Of a stretch of 64,000 bases of DNA, positions 46,345-56,118 are shown one piece after another (position 1 is the first letter of the stretch; every line of letters starts with the position of its first letter). The notes below the pieces were generated by a model, which did not search any database, was not told where the DNA came from, and was given only the letters and a program-made list of their open reading frames with translations. Origin of the DNA: an uncultured Gammaproteobacteria bacterium (lineage in GTDB: Bacteria; Patescibacteriota; Patescibacteriia; Magasanikbacterales; GWA2-37-8); assembly GCA_964540825.1 (NCBI GenBank), contig CAZINT010000003.1, forward strand, positions 83,250-147,249, given 5' to 3'. The position numbers were made by a program, and so were the translations under genes.

Positions 46345-48810
46345 CTATTTTCTAATTTCTGCTTGAAACTTTTTTTGGAGCAGTTCGACAATCTTTTTTT
46401 CTGCTGCATCTACTTCGGTGCTGATAAGTGTTCGATCGGGATGAGCGTAGGTAATATGATACGCCATACTCTTCGCTCCTTCAGGTAAGGAGCCGCCCAT
46501 AAAAACATCAAACAGATCGACGCGGGTTACCAGGGGGTCAACTGCAGCGAGCGCTGACACAATTGTTTCGTGTGAAAGTGATTTTGAAACAACGAAGGCC
46601 AAATCGCGCTGCACTTCGGGGTAGACTGCAACAGGCACGTACGTGGAGAATTGCTCCTCTCCCAGAGACTGGAGCAGAGAAAAATTAAGCGAACATACAC
46701 CCACCCGACCGAGCCCAATCTTTTCGCTGACTGCCGGGTGGAGTTCGTAGACCTGCCCGACTACCTGATTTTCATGGACAAGATTAAGCGAACGAGCCGG
46801 GTGTTGCCAAGCGGCAAGCGAACCAGTCTCGGGCGCAACGCTTTTTAAAATAATTCCGGTATGACTTAAAAATAATTCGCTAATACGCTTAGCTTCCCAA
46901 AAAGGCGTGCGATCCTTTTTTTCTGCATACACGCAGGTAACCCATGTATCTTGCCGCGGCAACAGTTCATCACTCTTAGCTTCGCTCCGGAGTCCCGCTT
47001 CGTCAGCGCGAAAAACCAAGCCAATTTCAAAAAGTGCGAGTCGGTCACGGTCGGCACTATTTTTTTCCAAAACTTCGAGAAGGTTTGGCAACAGTGACCG
47101 CCGAATATACGGCCGTTCTTTGGAGATAGGATTATCGAGTTCAAGGTAAAGCTTAGGATCATCTCCTACTTTAGTTATCTGCGCTTCGCTCACAAATGAG
47201 TAGGTGTAGATTTCCGTATACTTAAGATTTTCTACGAGCATGCTTCGCACAACGTTCTCCAGTTTTTTTAAGGGGCTCACGACAACCGGCGCAATTGGAA
47301 AATCAGGCAGGCTGGCCGGCACATTTTCATAACCATATAAACGAAGCACTTCTTCAACTACATCTTCAGGAGTGGTAATATCTTTACCCGAACGCCAGGT
47401 TGGCACCGTAAGCACCAGCATATTTTTCTTGGTCTTAACGCCGAAGCCTAAACGAGCCAACGTTTGTTCGATAAACTTTGCCGGGATCAGTGCGCCAATT
47501 TTTTGTTCAAAAAATGAAAGCGGCATTTCAATCGACTGTGGTTTTCGAACCGAGCCGTAGTGATCAACGACGCTGCTTGCAACGTGCGCCTTCGGGTGGA
47601 GTTCAAGCAGTAACGCAACCACGCGTTCAAGCGCAAGCGAACACACATTAGGATCAAGATTTTTTTCAAAACGCATCGATGCATCCGAGCGAAGTGCATA
47701 GTGCCCCGAGGCACTGCGGATAAGGCCGGGTGCAAAGGTGGCAGACTCAATAATGACAGTCGTCGTTGCGTCCGAAATTCCACTTTCCCGTCCGCCCATA
47801 ACTCCGGCAAGCGCCAGCACTGAATCGGTATCCGCAATAACCAGACTGTTTTTATCAAGTACACGCTCGACACCATCCAGCGTAACAACTCTTTCACCAT
47901 CAGCAGCACGGCGCACAGTAATATGTTTAGTGTTTTTTATTTTGTGATTTTTATCAAGCGCAGCAGCATCAAAAGCATGGAGCGGCTGGCCCAAATCAAA
48001 CATGACGTAGTTTGTAGCATCGACAATGGTATTGATCGGCCGAACGCCCACCGCCTTAAGAGCGTTTTGGAGCCAAGCCGGTGATGCCGTTGGCGACACA
48101 CCATCGATTGCCACCGCAGAATACCGCGGACAGTCGATTTTATTTTCAACAGTTACTTTGAGCGTAATTCCTTTGCCCGGTTTTATTTTTTCACTCGGAT
48201 ATTTAGCCACCTCGCGATTAAACAAAACCGCTACTTCGCGTGCCAGGCCATAATGCCCCCAGAGGTCCGGGCGATGCGAGAGCGATTTATTATCGATTTC
48301 AAACAAAACATCATTAAGCCCCAGTGCCTCGGCAAGCGGCGTACCTGGCTTCGATTGCAGGCTGGCAAGATCAACCACTTCGCGTTCCTCTTTTTTAGGA
48401 AAACGTTCCGCGAGACCGATTTCGTCGGCCGCGCAAATCATACCAAACGATTCAACCCCGCGAATAGTCGCTTTTTCCATAACAATCGGCTCACCTTCAC
48501 CGTGCCAGCGTACTTTGGCGCCGAGCTTAGCAACGGCGACCAGCATACCCTCGGCAACATTACTACCACCACAGACAATCACCACTTCTTCGTTACCGAC
48601 ATTAACCCGGCAGACTTTGAGCTTATCGGCATTCGCATGTTTTTCAACTGTTTTAATTTTACCAACCACAATACCAGCGAGGCTCTCGCCCGGTTTCACG
48701 ATATTCTCTACTTCAACTGTGGCCGCTTTTAATTTTGCCGCTACTTCTTCGGGCAAAATCGAGTCTGGCAAGGTAACGTATTTTTTGAGCCAATTAAATG
48801 AGATAAGCAT
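46345..48810 (-). CDS. pheT: Phenylalanine-tRNA ligase beta subunit
   Basis: MLISFNWLK, GVESFGMIC, GQPLHAFD and RDLAFVV motifs. Confidence 0.97.
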   Translation of the reverse strand: MLISFNWLKKYVTLPDSILPEEVAAKLKAATVEVENIVKPGESLAGIVVGKIKTVEKHANADKLKVCRVNVGNEEVVIVCGGSNVAEGMLVAVAKLGAKVRWHGEGEPIVMEKATIRGVESFGMICAADEIGLAERFPKKEEREVVDLASLQSKPGTPLAEALGLNDVLFEIDNKSLSHRPDLWGHYGLAREVAVLFNREVAKYPSEKIKPGKGITLKVTVENKIDCPRYSAVAIDGVSPTASPAWLQNALKAVGVRPINTIVDATNYVMFDLGQPLHAFDAAALDKNHKIKNTKHITVRRAADGERVVTLDGVERVLDKNSLVIADTDSVLALAGVMGGRESGISDATTTVIIESATFAPGLIRSASGHYALRSDASMRFEKNLDPNVCSLALERVVALLLELHPKAHVASSVVDHYGSVRKPQSIEMPLSFFEQKIGALIPAKFIEQTLARLGFGVKTKKNMLVLTVPTWRSGKDITTPEDVVEEVLRLYGYENVPASLPDFPIAPVVVSPLKKLENVVRSMLVENLKYTEIYTYSFVSEAQITKVGDDPKLYLELDNPISKERPYIRRSLLPNLLEVLEKNSADRDRLALFEIGLVFRADEAGLRSEAKSDELLPRQDTWVTCVYAEKKDRTPFWEAKRISELFLSHTGIILKSVAPETGSLAAWQHPARSLNLVHENQVVGQVYELHPAVSEKIGLGRVGVCSLNFSLLQSLGEEQFSTYVPVAVYPEVQRDLAFVVSKSLSHETIVSALAAVDPLVTRVDLFDVFMGGSLPEGAKSMAYHITYAHPDRTLISTEVDAAEKKIVELLQKKFQAEIRK

Positions 48811-48811
48811 A

Positions 48812-49846
48812 CTAAAATTGTTCTAAAAACCGTAAATCCCCGCTTTCAAGCAGCCGCACATCATCAATGCCATACTTCAGCATCGCAAGGCGTGTAAGCC
48901 CAAAACCAAACGCAAAACCCTGGTAGACATTCGGATCAATATCCCCGGCCTTAAGCACGTTCGGGTGCACCATACCGGCCCCCAAAACTTCCAGCCAGCC
49001 AGTTTGCTTGCAAAGACGGCACCCTGCACCCTTACAGAGGTAGCAGGTGACTTCGCCGTTTACACCGGGTTCCACAAACGGATAAAATTTCGGCCTTAAA
49101 CGCACTTTGGTTTCCGGTCCATATAAATGTTTCGCCGTTGCTTCAAGCACGCCTTTCAAATGTGCAAACGTAATATTTTTATCAAGCACCAGTCCTTCGA
49201 GCTGATAAAACGTATGTTCATGGCGCACATCAGTTGATTCATTGCGGAAACATTTGCCCGGCACAATCGCCCGAATCGGCGCGCCGTATTTTTGCATCGC
49301 GCGCACCTGGACTGACGACGTGTGCGTACGCATCACCCAGTCTGGATGATTCTTAATATAAAATGTATCCTGCATATCACGCGCCGGGTGGTCAGCAGGA
49401 ATATTTACGGCCGTAAAATTATAGTATTCGCTTTCAAGTTCCGGCCCATCAAGCACCATAAACCCCATGGACGTAAAAAAATCTTCGAGGTCGCGCTGAA
49501 TAATCGTATTTGGATGCAGGTGACCTGAAGCTTGTACCGGGAGAGCTGGCTGCGAAATATCGATTGCTTCTTTTTGGAGCAGCGTTCCCCACTCTTGCAT
49601 TTTTAAGGCATTTTTTTTCTGCTCAAAGGCTTGCTCAATAATTGTTTTAACATCATTTGCAAGCGCACCCGCTGTTTTCCGCGCGTCGCCTTCCAGGTCT
49701 TTTAAACCTTTTAATAGATTCGTCAGTTTACCATTCTTGCGACTTAAAAAAGTATTCTCGAATACCTCAAGGGCGGCTACGCCCTGCACTTGCTGAAGCT
49801 GCCCCAGCGCCTCGGCCTTAAGTTCTGAGAGTTGTTCTGCTAGCAT
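48812..49846 (-). CDS. pheS: Phenylalanine-tRNA ligase alpha subunit
   Basis: HPARDMQDTFY, RTHTSSVQ, FYQLEG and GFAFGFG motifs. Confidence 0.98.
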   Translation of the reverse strand: MLAEQLSELKAEALGQLQQVQGVAALEVFENTFLSRKNGKLTNLLKGLKDLEGDARKTAGALANDVKTIIEQAFEQKKNALKMQEWGTLLQKEAIDISQPALPVQASGHLHPNTIIQRDLEDFFTSMGFMVLDGPELESEYYNFTAVNIPADHPARDMQDTFYIKNHPDWVMRTHTSSVQVRAMQKYGAPIRAIVPGKCFRNESTDVRHEHTFYQLEGLVLDKNITFAHLKGVLEATAKHLYGPETKVRLRPKFYPFVEPGVNGEVTCYLCKGAGCRLCKQTGWLEVLGAGMVHPNVLKAGDIDPNVYQGFAFGFGLTRLAMLKYGIDDVRLLESGDLRFLEQF

Positions 49847-49853
49847 ATAAAAC

Positions 49854-51062
49854 TTAAAAAATTCTTCCTAAAGCTGATCTAATCGCACCGCTAAAACTTC
49901 CTAGATCTTTCACCGTAATAACCACAACCAACAGCATCAGAAGAACAAAACCAACCGTATGCGCAATTCCTTCATACTTAATTGCTTTTCCTTTTTTACT
50001 TATAGCTCCAATAACCACAAACAGCAATCGTCCGCCATCGAGGGCCGGAATCGGCAGAATATTAAGTACCGCCAAGTTAAGCGATAATATTGCTGTAAAT
50101 TGCAGGAGATAGATGAAGCCGAGACGGGCTACTTTGCCAGTCATCACTGCCACCCCGACCGGACCGGAAACTTGATCACCCACATGACTGCCTGGAGTAA
50201 ACAATCCTTTAACCAGCGCCCCAAAACCAAATAAAATTTGTTTGAAATAAGACCCGGTTTCTTTGGCGCCTTCATACAGTGCCCGGTACCAAGGGTAGCG
50301 AATCGTACCTATTTCGGCAATCGCAATTCCAAGTCCGCCCTTACCGGTATCTTCGTAGACAATGGGTTGAATTTCTTTAGTGAGTATTTCTGCACCGCGC
50401 TTAATCTGAACCGTAATTTTTTGTGTACGACGCGCATCAATATACGCTTGGAGTTCGGCGAGACGTGGATTCTGCACCGCGTCGAGCGCAACTACCTGGT
50501 CGCCCGGCATAACACCTGCTTGCGCTGCCGGTTTTCCGGCCAGCACATCGACAACCTCAATGTGGCGATTAATCACCCGGCTTACATCAGCCATACCATC
50601 GGTTGGCTGTGGCGTACCAATCATAAGGCCGATACTGAGGAGTACCCAAGCCACCAAAATATTCATCAGGACTCCAGCAGTCAGTACCAACGCTCTTTGC
50701 CAAACTTTTTTGCTGGCAAAGCTGTCTGAATCGTGCCCACCTTCCGCCTCGCCATTTTCGCCTTTAATCTTTACAAAGCCGCCCAGGGGGATTATATTAA
50801 AGGAATACAGCGTTCCAGCACTAACCGCAGCGTCGGGAGTAAGCTGAGGGTTTTTACTGCCCCAAACCACACGCCACGAACGCGAGCGTGTTCCGTCTGT
50901 ATGGGTACGTGTTAAGCGCTGAATACCAACTACACGCGGCGGAAAGCCAAAACCAAATTCCTCGACCGCCATACCGCTCTTACGGGCAGTAATAAAGTGA
51001 CCAAATTCGTGTGAGATAACAAGAACACTGAGGACGGCGAGAAAAATAAGGAGTGTAATCAT
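49854..51062 (-). CDS. rseP: RIP metalloprotease RseP
   Basis: HEFGH, PDZ domain and NILPIPALDGG. Confidence 0.95.
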   Translation of the reverse strand: MITLLIFLAVLSVLVISHEFGHFITARKSGMAVEEFGFGFPPRVVGIQRLTRTHTDGTRSRSWRVVWGSKNPQLTPDAAVSAGTLYSFNIIPLGGFVKIKGENGEAEGGHDSDSFASKKVWQRALVLTAGVLMNILVAWVLLSIGLMIGTPQPTDGMADVSRVINRHIEVVDVLAGKPAAQAGVMPGDQVVALDAVQNPRLAELQAYIDARRTQKITVQIKRGAEILTKEIQPIVYEDTGKGGLGIAIAEIGTIRYPWYRALYEGAKETGSYFKQILFGFGALVKGLFTPGSHVGDQVSGPVGVAVMTGKVARLGFIYLLQFTAILSLNLAVLNILPIPALDGGRLLFVVIGAISKKGKAIKYEGIAHTVGFVLLMLLVVVITVKDLGSFSGAIRSALGRIF

Positions 51063-51106
51063 AGACAAAATTTTTTCTTAATTTAACCCTTAATCTATCA
51101 GAAAAT

Positions 51107-51673
51107 ATGCCCGTACTATATATCATCCTTGCTGTAGTGGCAATAGCAGCGATTTGGATTATCAGCGTCTACAACGGCCTCATTACCAGCAAAAACCGTG
51201 TTGACGAAGCCGTAAGTGATATCGATGTACAACTCAAGCGTCGCTACGACCTCATTCCAAACCTCGTAGAAACCGTCAAAGGCTACATGACCCATGAACG
51301 CGAGACACTGGTCAAACTGACCGAAGCCCGCACCAGCGCCATGACCGCACACAATGACCCTAACGCCACCTTGCAGCAAAAAGAAGCGGCTGAAAATCAG
51401 CTCAGCGGCACCCTTAAGACATTATTTGCAGTTACTGAAAACTACCCGGAACTCAAAGCGAGCCAAAACTTCCTCCAGCTCCAGGATGAAATTTCAGATA
51501 CTGAAAACAAAATCATGGCTTCAAGACGCTTCTACAACAGCAATGTTCGCGACTTCAATACCAAAATTCAGGTCTTCCCTACCAACCTGATTGCCAACTC
51601 ACTTAAATTCACTAAATACGAATTTTTCCAGGCAGCTGAAGGCGAACGCCAGAATGTAAAGGTACAGTTCTAA
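51107..51673 (+). CDS. lemA: LemA family protein
   Basis: IDVQLKRRYDLIPNLVETVKGY and ENYPELKA. Confidence 0.96.
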   Translation: MPVLYIILAVVAIAAIWIISVYNGLITSKNRVDEAVSDIDVQLKRRYDLIPNLVETVKGYMTHERETLVKLTEARTSAMTAHNDPNATLQQKEAAENQLSGTLKTLFAVTENYPELKASQNFLQLQDEISDTENKIMASRRFYNSNVRDFNTKIQVFPTNLIANSLKFTKYEFFQAAEGERQNVKVQF

Positions 51674-51676
51674 GGT

Positions 51677-52567
51677 ATGTATAACGATATAGCGAGCAAC
51701 AAACGCAATTCAGTATTCCTGGTCATGATTGTCATTGCACTTATTATTGCTATTGGCTATGTTTTCGATCGTGCAACCGGCGACACAACATACTCGGGCG
51801 TTTGGCTCGCCATAATTATTTCGCTAGTCTCAACACTCATTTCATATTTTCAGGGTGATAAAATTGCACTCTTTACGAGCGGCGCCAAACCACTGGCCCC
51901 TGATGACAATCCGTACGTATACCGAATTGTCGAAAATTTATCGATCGCGAGCGGCACCCCGATACCAAAGATTTATATCATGGAAGAAAGCGCCATCAAC
52001 GCGTTTGCAACGGGCCGTAAGCCCGAACTAGCCTCAATCGCTATCACGCGCGGAGCAATTGAAAAATTAGAAAACGAAGAACTGGAAGGTGTCATTGCGC
52101 ACGAATTGTCGCATGTTAAAAATTATGACGTGCGTTTTATGACACTGGTTGCAGTCTTAGTCGGCGCGCTCATTCTTCTCTCGGACATATTCTTACGTTC
52201 ACGCTTTTTCTTCGGCGGACGAAGGAGCAGCGATCGTGACAATGGCGGGGCGGGAATATTTATGATCGCCGGTATTGTGCTTGCAATACTTTCACCCATC
52301 CTCGCCAATCTCATTAAACTCGCTATTTCACGTCGCCGCGAGTATTTGGCCGATGCGTCGGGCGCTCTACTTACCCGCTACCCTGAAGGCCTGGCGAGGG
52401 CTCTTGAAAAGATTGGTCAGGAAAATTTGCCAATGCAGCGAGCCAGCAAAGCCACGGCACACTTGTTTTTATCTAACCCCTTCGGTAGCAGCAAACTGCA
52501 ATCATTGTTTTCAACACACCCGTCAATTGAAGATCGCGTTAAAAAGTTACGTGGCATGGGGGCATAA
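51677..52567 (+). CDS. htpX: Zinc metalloprotease HtpX (M48)
   Basis: NAFATG, AHELSH, REYLADA and STHP motifs. Confidence 0.95.
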   Translation: MYNDIASNKRNSVFLVMIVIALIIAIGYVFDRATGDTTYSGVWLAIIISLVSTLISYFQGDKIALFTSGAKPLAPDDNPYVYRIVENLSIASGTPIPKIYIMEESAINAFATGRKPELASIAITRGAIEKLENEELEGVIAHELSHVKNYDVRFMTLVAVLVGALILLSDIFLRSRFFFGGRRSSDRDNGGAGIFMIAGIVLAILSPILANLIKLAISRRREYLADASGALLTRYPEGLARALEKIGQENLPMQRASKATAHLFLSNPFGSSKLQSLFSTHPSIEDRVKKLRGMGA

Positions 52568-52576
52568 TATTTTTCT

Positions 52577-52924
52577 ATGACAGAAATATACTCAGGCGAT
52601 CCCTACCGTAGCGAAGCCCTGTCAATGCAAGAGCGAATTGCCCGCACCGGAAAAATCGGCATCGAGCTTACCTCGACAAAAGTTGGCGAAAAGGTGCCGC
52701 TTCTTGAAGCGGCATTGACGATTGGAACTAAACCACAAGACATCATGCTCTACACTCGCGGCGGCGCTTTCACGTATGCGGGCGTCGTTGACCCTAAGGA
52801 ATGGACCAGCGATGAATCAAGATGTTGGAAATGGGCGGCTGATTATAACGTGTTTCCAGCTACCAGACCCCCGGAAATTATTATTAGCTCAAACTACACC
52901 GTGCGGGATCCGCTAGATGTGTAA
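52577..52924 (+). CDS. Hypothetical protein
   Basis: 115-aa ORF directly after htpX. Confidence 0.55.
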   Translation: MTEIYSGDPYRSEALSMQERIARTGKIGIELTSTKVGEKVPLLEAALTIGTKPQDIMLYTRGGAFTYAGVVDPKEWTSDESRCWKWAADYNVFPATRPPEIIISSNYTVRDPLDV

Positions 52925-52989
52925 GGGTCTTAAAAAAACCAACAAACAATGGAGCTTAAAATTAAGAAGCCCGCAATTACTAAGCACGT

Positions 52990-53502
52990 ATGCTTGATAT
53001 TTTACCCGTTGATCAACGTGAAGGCAGGGGTAGCTGCGGCGCAGCGTGCCTCAAAACCATACTCGCCTATCACGGTGTTACCACTACCGAAGCCAAGCTC
53101 ACCAAACTGCTTGGCACCACTGCCGCCAATGGTACAAGGGGTGAAGCATTGGTCAGCGTAGCAAAAAAATTTGGTCTGCAGAGTTTCATCAAAGACAATT
53201 CCGAACTTAGTGATCTTAAAAAATATTTGGACAAAAAAATTCCCATTATTGTTGCCTGGTTTAGCGGGACAGATACACACTACTCAGTAGTAGTTGGAAT
53301 AGATGCAGAAAATATTTACTTGCAAGACCCAGAACTAGGACACTTGCGCGCCATGCACCACGTCTGGTTTAAACGAGTTTGGTTCGATTTTTGGGGGCCG
53401 TTCATGAAAAAAACAAGCGACCTCATTTTACGACGGATGATCGTAATTATACCGCCGGCAAATTTCGGCGATACCAGATCCACACAATCCAAAAAACAAT
53501 AA
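52990..53502 (+). CDS. C39-like cysteine peptidase
   Basis: Q...SCGAACL, HYSVVVG and QDP motifs. Confidence 0.85.
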   Translation: MLDILPVDQREGRGSCGAACLKTILAYHGVTTTEAKLTKLLGTTAANGTRGEALVSVAKKFGLQSFIKDNSELSDLKKYLDKKIPIIVAWFSGTDTHYSVVVGIDAENIYLQDPELGHLRAMHHVWFKRVWFDFWGPFMKKTSDLILRRMIVIIPPANFGDTRSTQSKKQ

Positions 53503-53821
53503 AAATTCCAAACGGCAGCCACGCAATAGCAGGACTGCCGTTTATAATTGCGAGGACAATGCCAACAAGCGCGGCTGACGACCAAATAATCTTGAGATTC
53601 AACAGCGCCCGGTAGCTTTCGAGGCCAGCATTTTTCATGACGAGCGACGTGGTACCGATGGCAAAAAAGGCCGCGCCAACCATACGCGGCGCGAGCGAGT
53701 CACCCATGGTAAGACCGAACACGCTGAATACTGCTGCAGGAAAAAAAATAAGCGGCAGCGAGAAAATGAGATCGACAATAAAATGAATGACAAACCAAAT
53801 TCGCAGACTTCTTGAAATCAT
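53447..53821 (-). CDS. Four-TM membrane protein
   Basis: Hydrophobic ORF convergent with and overlapping the peptidase gene. Confidence 0.75.
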   Translation of the reverse strand: MISRSLRIWFVIHFIVDLIFSLPLIFFPAAVFSVFGLTMGDSLAPRMVGAAFFAIGTTSLVMKNAGLESYRALLNLKIIWSSAALVGIVLAIINGSPAIAWLPFGIFIVFWIVWIWYRRNLPAV

Positions 53822-53829
53822 ATGGATAT

Positions 53830-54585
53830 TTAAGCTGCTTTTTGATCTGTCTGACCACCTCCTTCGCTCTCAATCTCAATCAATTTTTTTCGATACTGAT
53901 CAGTATCTTTTCCGAAGCGATTGTCAAAATCTTTAAGCATTAATACTTTTTGCTCGTAGGTTAAATTTTGTAACTGGGTGTCTAGAAATACATTGCTTTC
54001 TGCTCGCGCTTTCTTCACCGACACTGTCTGACCAGCCGCGCGATTAGCCGAATGAACCGGTAATTTTTTAGCCAATTTAGGATCTGTTGCTCCAGTGAAA
54101 ATAATTTCTGGAGTTGGCGGGGGTACTTTCACAGCCTTTCTAGCTTGCGGTGCAGGGTTTAGTTTTTCAACCGGTTTGCTAGAAGCCTCAGAATTATCAT
54201 CAAACAATTCCATTTCTGGCCCTAATTCAAGCAAGGAAGGATCTTTTTTAGTTACAACTTTTGGGTTAATCTTGGTCGGTTCGAACGGTAAAAGTGGATC
54301 ATACGTATCTAACATAGTGTTTGAAACCTCCCGTCGCTCAGCGTCTGGTTCATTACGATATTCAGCTGCATAATACTTCATTTTCTCAATTTCTTGAGGC
54401 GTAAATTCCATTTTGTTATCCTTTCCTGGAAAACCTAATAATTTGGCGAGAATCTCTTGACCAACTTCGCTCATAATTCCAACTTCTCGTAAATAATTAA
54501 GAGCATCTTCTTTGTCTTGTCGTGAAACACTCTCATGTTCAGCTTCGGATTTCATAATTAACGAGCGGTCTGGTGAGAACTCCAT
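53830..54585 (-). CDS. Hypothetical charged protein
   Basis: 251-aa, AT-rich ORF rich in Glu/Lys/Pro. Confidence 0.65.
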   Translation of the reverse strand: MEFSPDRSLIMKSEAEHESVSRQDKEDALNYLREVGIMSEVGQEILAKLLGFPGKDNKMEFTPQEIEKMKYYAAEYRNEPDAERREVSNTMLDTYDPLLPFEPTKINPKVVTKKDPSLLELGPEMELFDDNSEASSKPVEKLNPAPQARKAVKVPPPTPEIIFTGATDPKLAKKLPVHSANRAAGQTVSVKKARAESNVFLDTQLQNLTYEQKVLMLKDFDNRFGKDTDQYRKKLIEIESEGGGQTDQKAA

Positions 54586-54679
54586 ACAAATATATTTAAA
54601 ATAAAATTAAATAACATTACTTATGAACTTCCATAGACCTCAGCCTGACAGACAGGCGATTCGGGTATACTGTGTGGAA

Positions 54680-56050
54680 TTAATTCTTGATTATTTCTTT
54701 TAATTCAGCGACTTTATTCATCATTACCGCCCGATCTTTTGCTTCCACATTCAACCGCAAAACCGGCTCCGTATTACTGGCCCGGACTCCAAACCAGCCC
54801 CAGTCAAATGTCATCATCAGGCCATCAAGGCGAATAATTTCTTTTGCTTCAGGACTATATTTTTCTTCCAATTTTTGGAGCACACTATCTTTATCACCTA
54901 CTTCAAAATTTATTTCTCCGGAATGAAAATATTTTTTAAGTGACTGTGCAAGCTCGCTTAATTTTTTATTTTCACGCGAGAGCATTTGGAGCACGTAGAG
55001 TAAACTTAGATCTGAAGATTCTAGATTGTGTACGTCACCGTAGTACAGATGCTGCGATAATTCACTGGCGAACACTGCACCAGTATCACGCATTGCTTTT
55101 TTAATATTCGCGTGACCTACCTGGCACATTTCGGTCGTCGCCCCACTCTTCTCCCAAACTTCGGAAACAATCATACTCGAACGTAAATCATACATCAGAA
55201 GGCTACCGGGATGAGCACGAAGCACCTCAAGACCAAGAAGTGCGCCTACAAAAGATGCATCAACCACAGCACCTGTTTCGTCTACGAGGCCTATGCGGTC
55301 ACAATCGCCATCAAGCGCAAAACCGAAATCGGCGCCGGTAGCAACCACTTTTTCTTGGAGCGTTTTCAAGGTGTCTGTTTTAAGCGGATTCGCTTCGTGA
55401 TTTGGGAAGGTGCCATCCGGTTCAAGGAACAAATATTCAACCGTCATAGGCAATTTTGCCAGCCAATCCGGGAACGTTGCTTTGCCCATACCGTTTCCCG
55501 CGTCAACGACAATTTTAAAAGGTTTAAGCGTACTCGGGTTAACTAATTCAAAAATCTTGGCTTCGTAATCGGGCAAAACATTTTTTTGCATCGTAGTCCC
55601 CTGTTTTTGAGCGGGATTAAATACATTCAGCCGCACCGCTTCTTTAATAAAATCCATACCGTTTTTGCCGCCAACCGGCAAACCGTTCCCCATAGTGAGC
55701 TTAAAACCATTGTATTCGGCTGGATTATGGCTGGCCGTTACCATAATTCCTCCGGCATGTTCCGAGTAATGGGCGCAGGCAAAATTGAAAAGTGGCGTGG
55801 AAGCCAAGCCAATTTCGACCACATCAACGCCTTCGTCGGTAATACCGCGAATGACTGCGGGGGTAAAGCGGTCACCGCTCGGGCGCATATCTCGCCCGAC
55901 CACCAGTGATTTCCCGTCTAAAGGGATATTTTGAGCGCGTAAAAACAAAACAAACGCCCGGCCGATACCGTAAGCGATTTCTTCTGACAATTGGCCATCC
56001 ACTAAACCACGGATATCGTAGGCTTTAAAGATAGATTCTGGGAACTGCAT
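54680..56050 (-). CDS. manB: Phosphomannomutase/phosphoglucomutase
   Basis: FKAYDIRG, TASHNP, DGDCDR and RASNTEP motifs. Confidence 0.93.
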   Translation of the reverse strand: MQFPESIFKAYDIRGLVDGQLSEEIAYGIGRAFVLFLRAQNIPLDGKSLVVGRDMRPSGDRFTPAVIRGITDEGVDVVEIGLASTPLFNFACAHYSEHAGGIMVTASHNPAEYNGFKLTMGNGLPVGGKNGMDFIKEAVRLNVFNPAQKQGTTMQKNVLPDYEAKIFELVNPSTLKPFKIVVDAGNGMGKATFPDWLAKLPMTVEYLFLEPDGTFPNHEANPLKTDTLKTLQEKVVATGADFGFALDGDCDRIGLVDETGAVVDASFVGALLGLEVLRAHPGSLLMYDLRSSMIVSEVWEKSGATTEMCQVGHANIKKAMRDTGAVFASELSQHLYYGDVHNLESSDLSLLYVLQMLSRENKKLSELAQSLKKYFHSGEINFEVGDKDSVLQKLEEKYSPEAKEIIRLDGLMMTFDWGWFGVRASNTEPVLRLNVEAKDRAVMMNKVAELKEIIKN

Positions 56051-56118
56051 AGGCAAAAATTTGCTTTGACGAAAGGGTATATACAGTATATACTAGCCCT
56101 ACTTAAAAGTCTATAAAT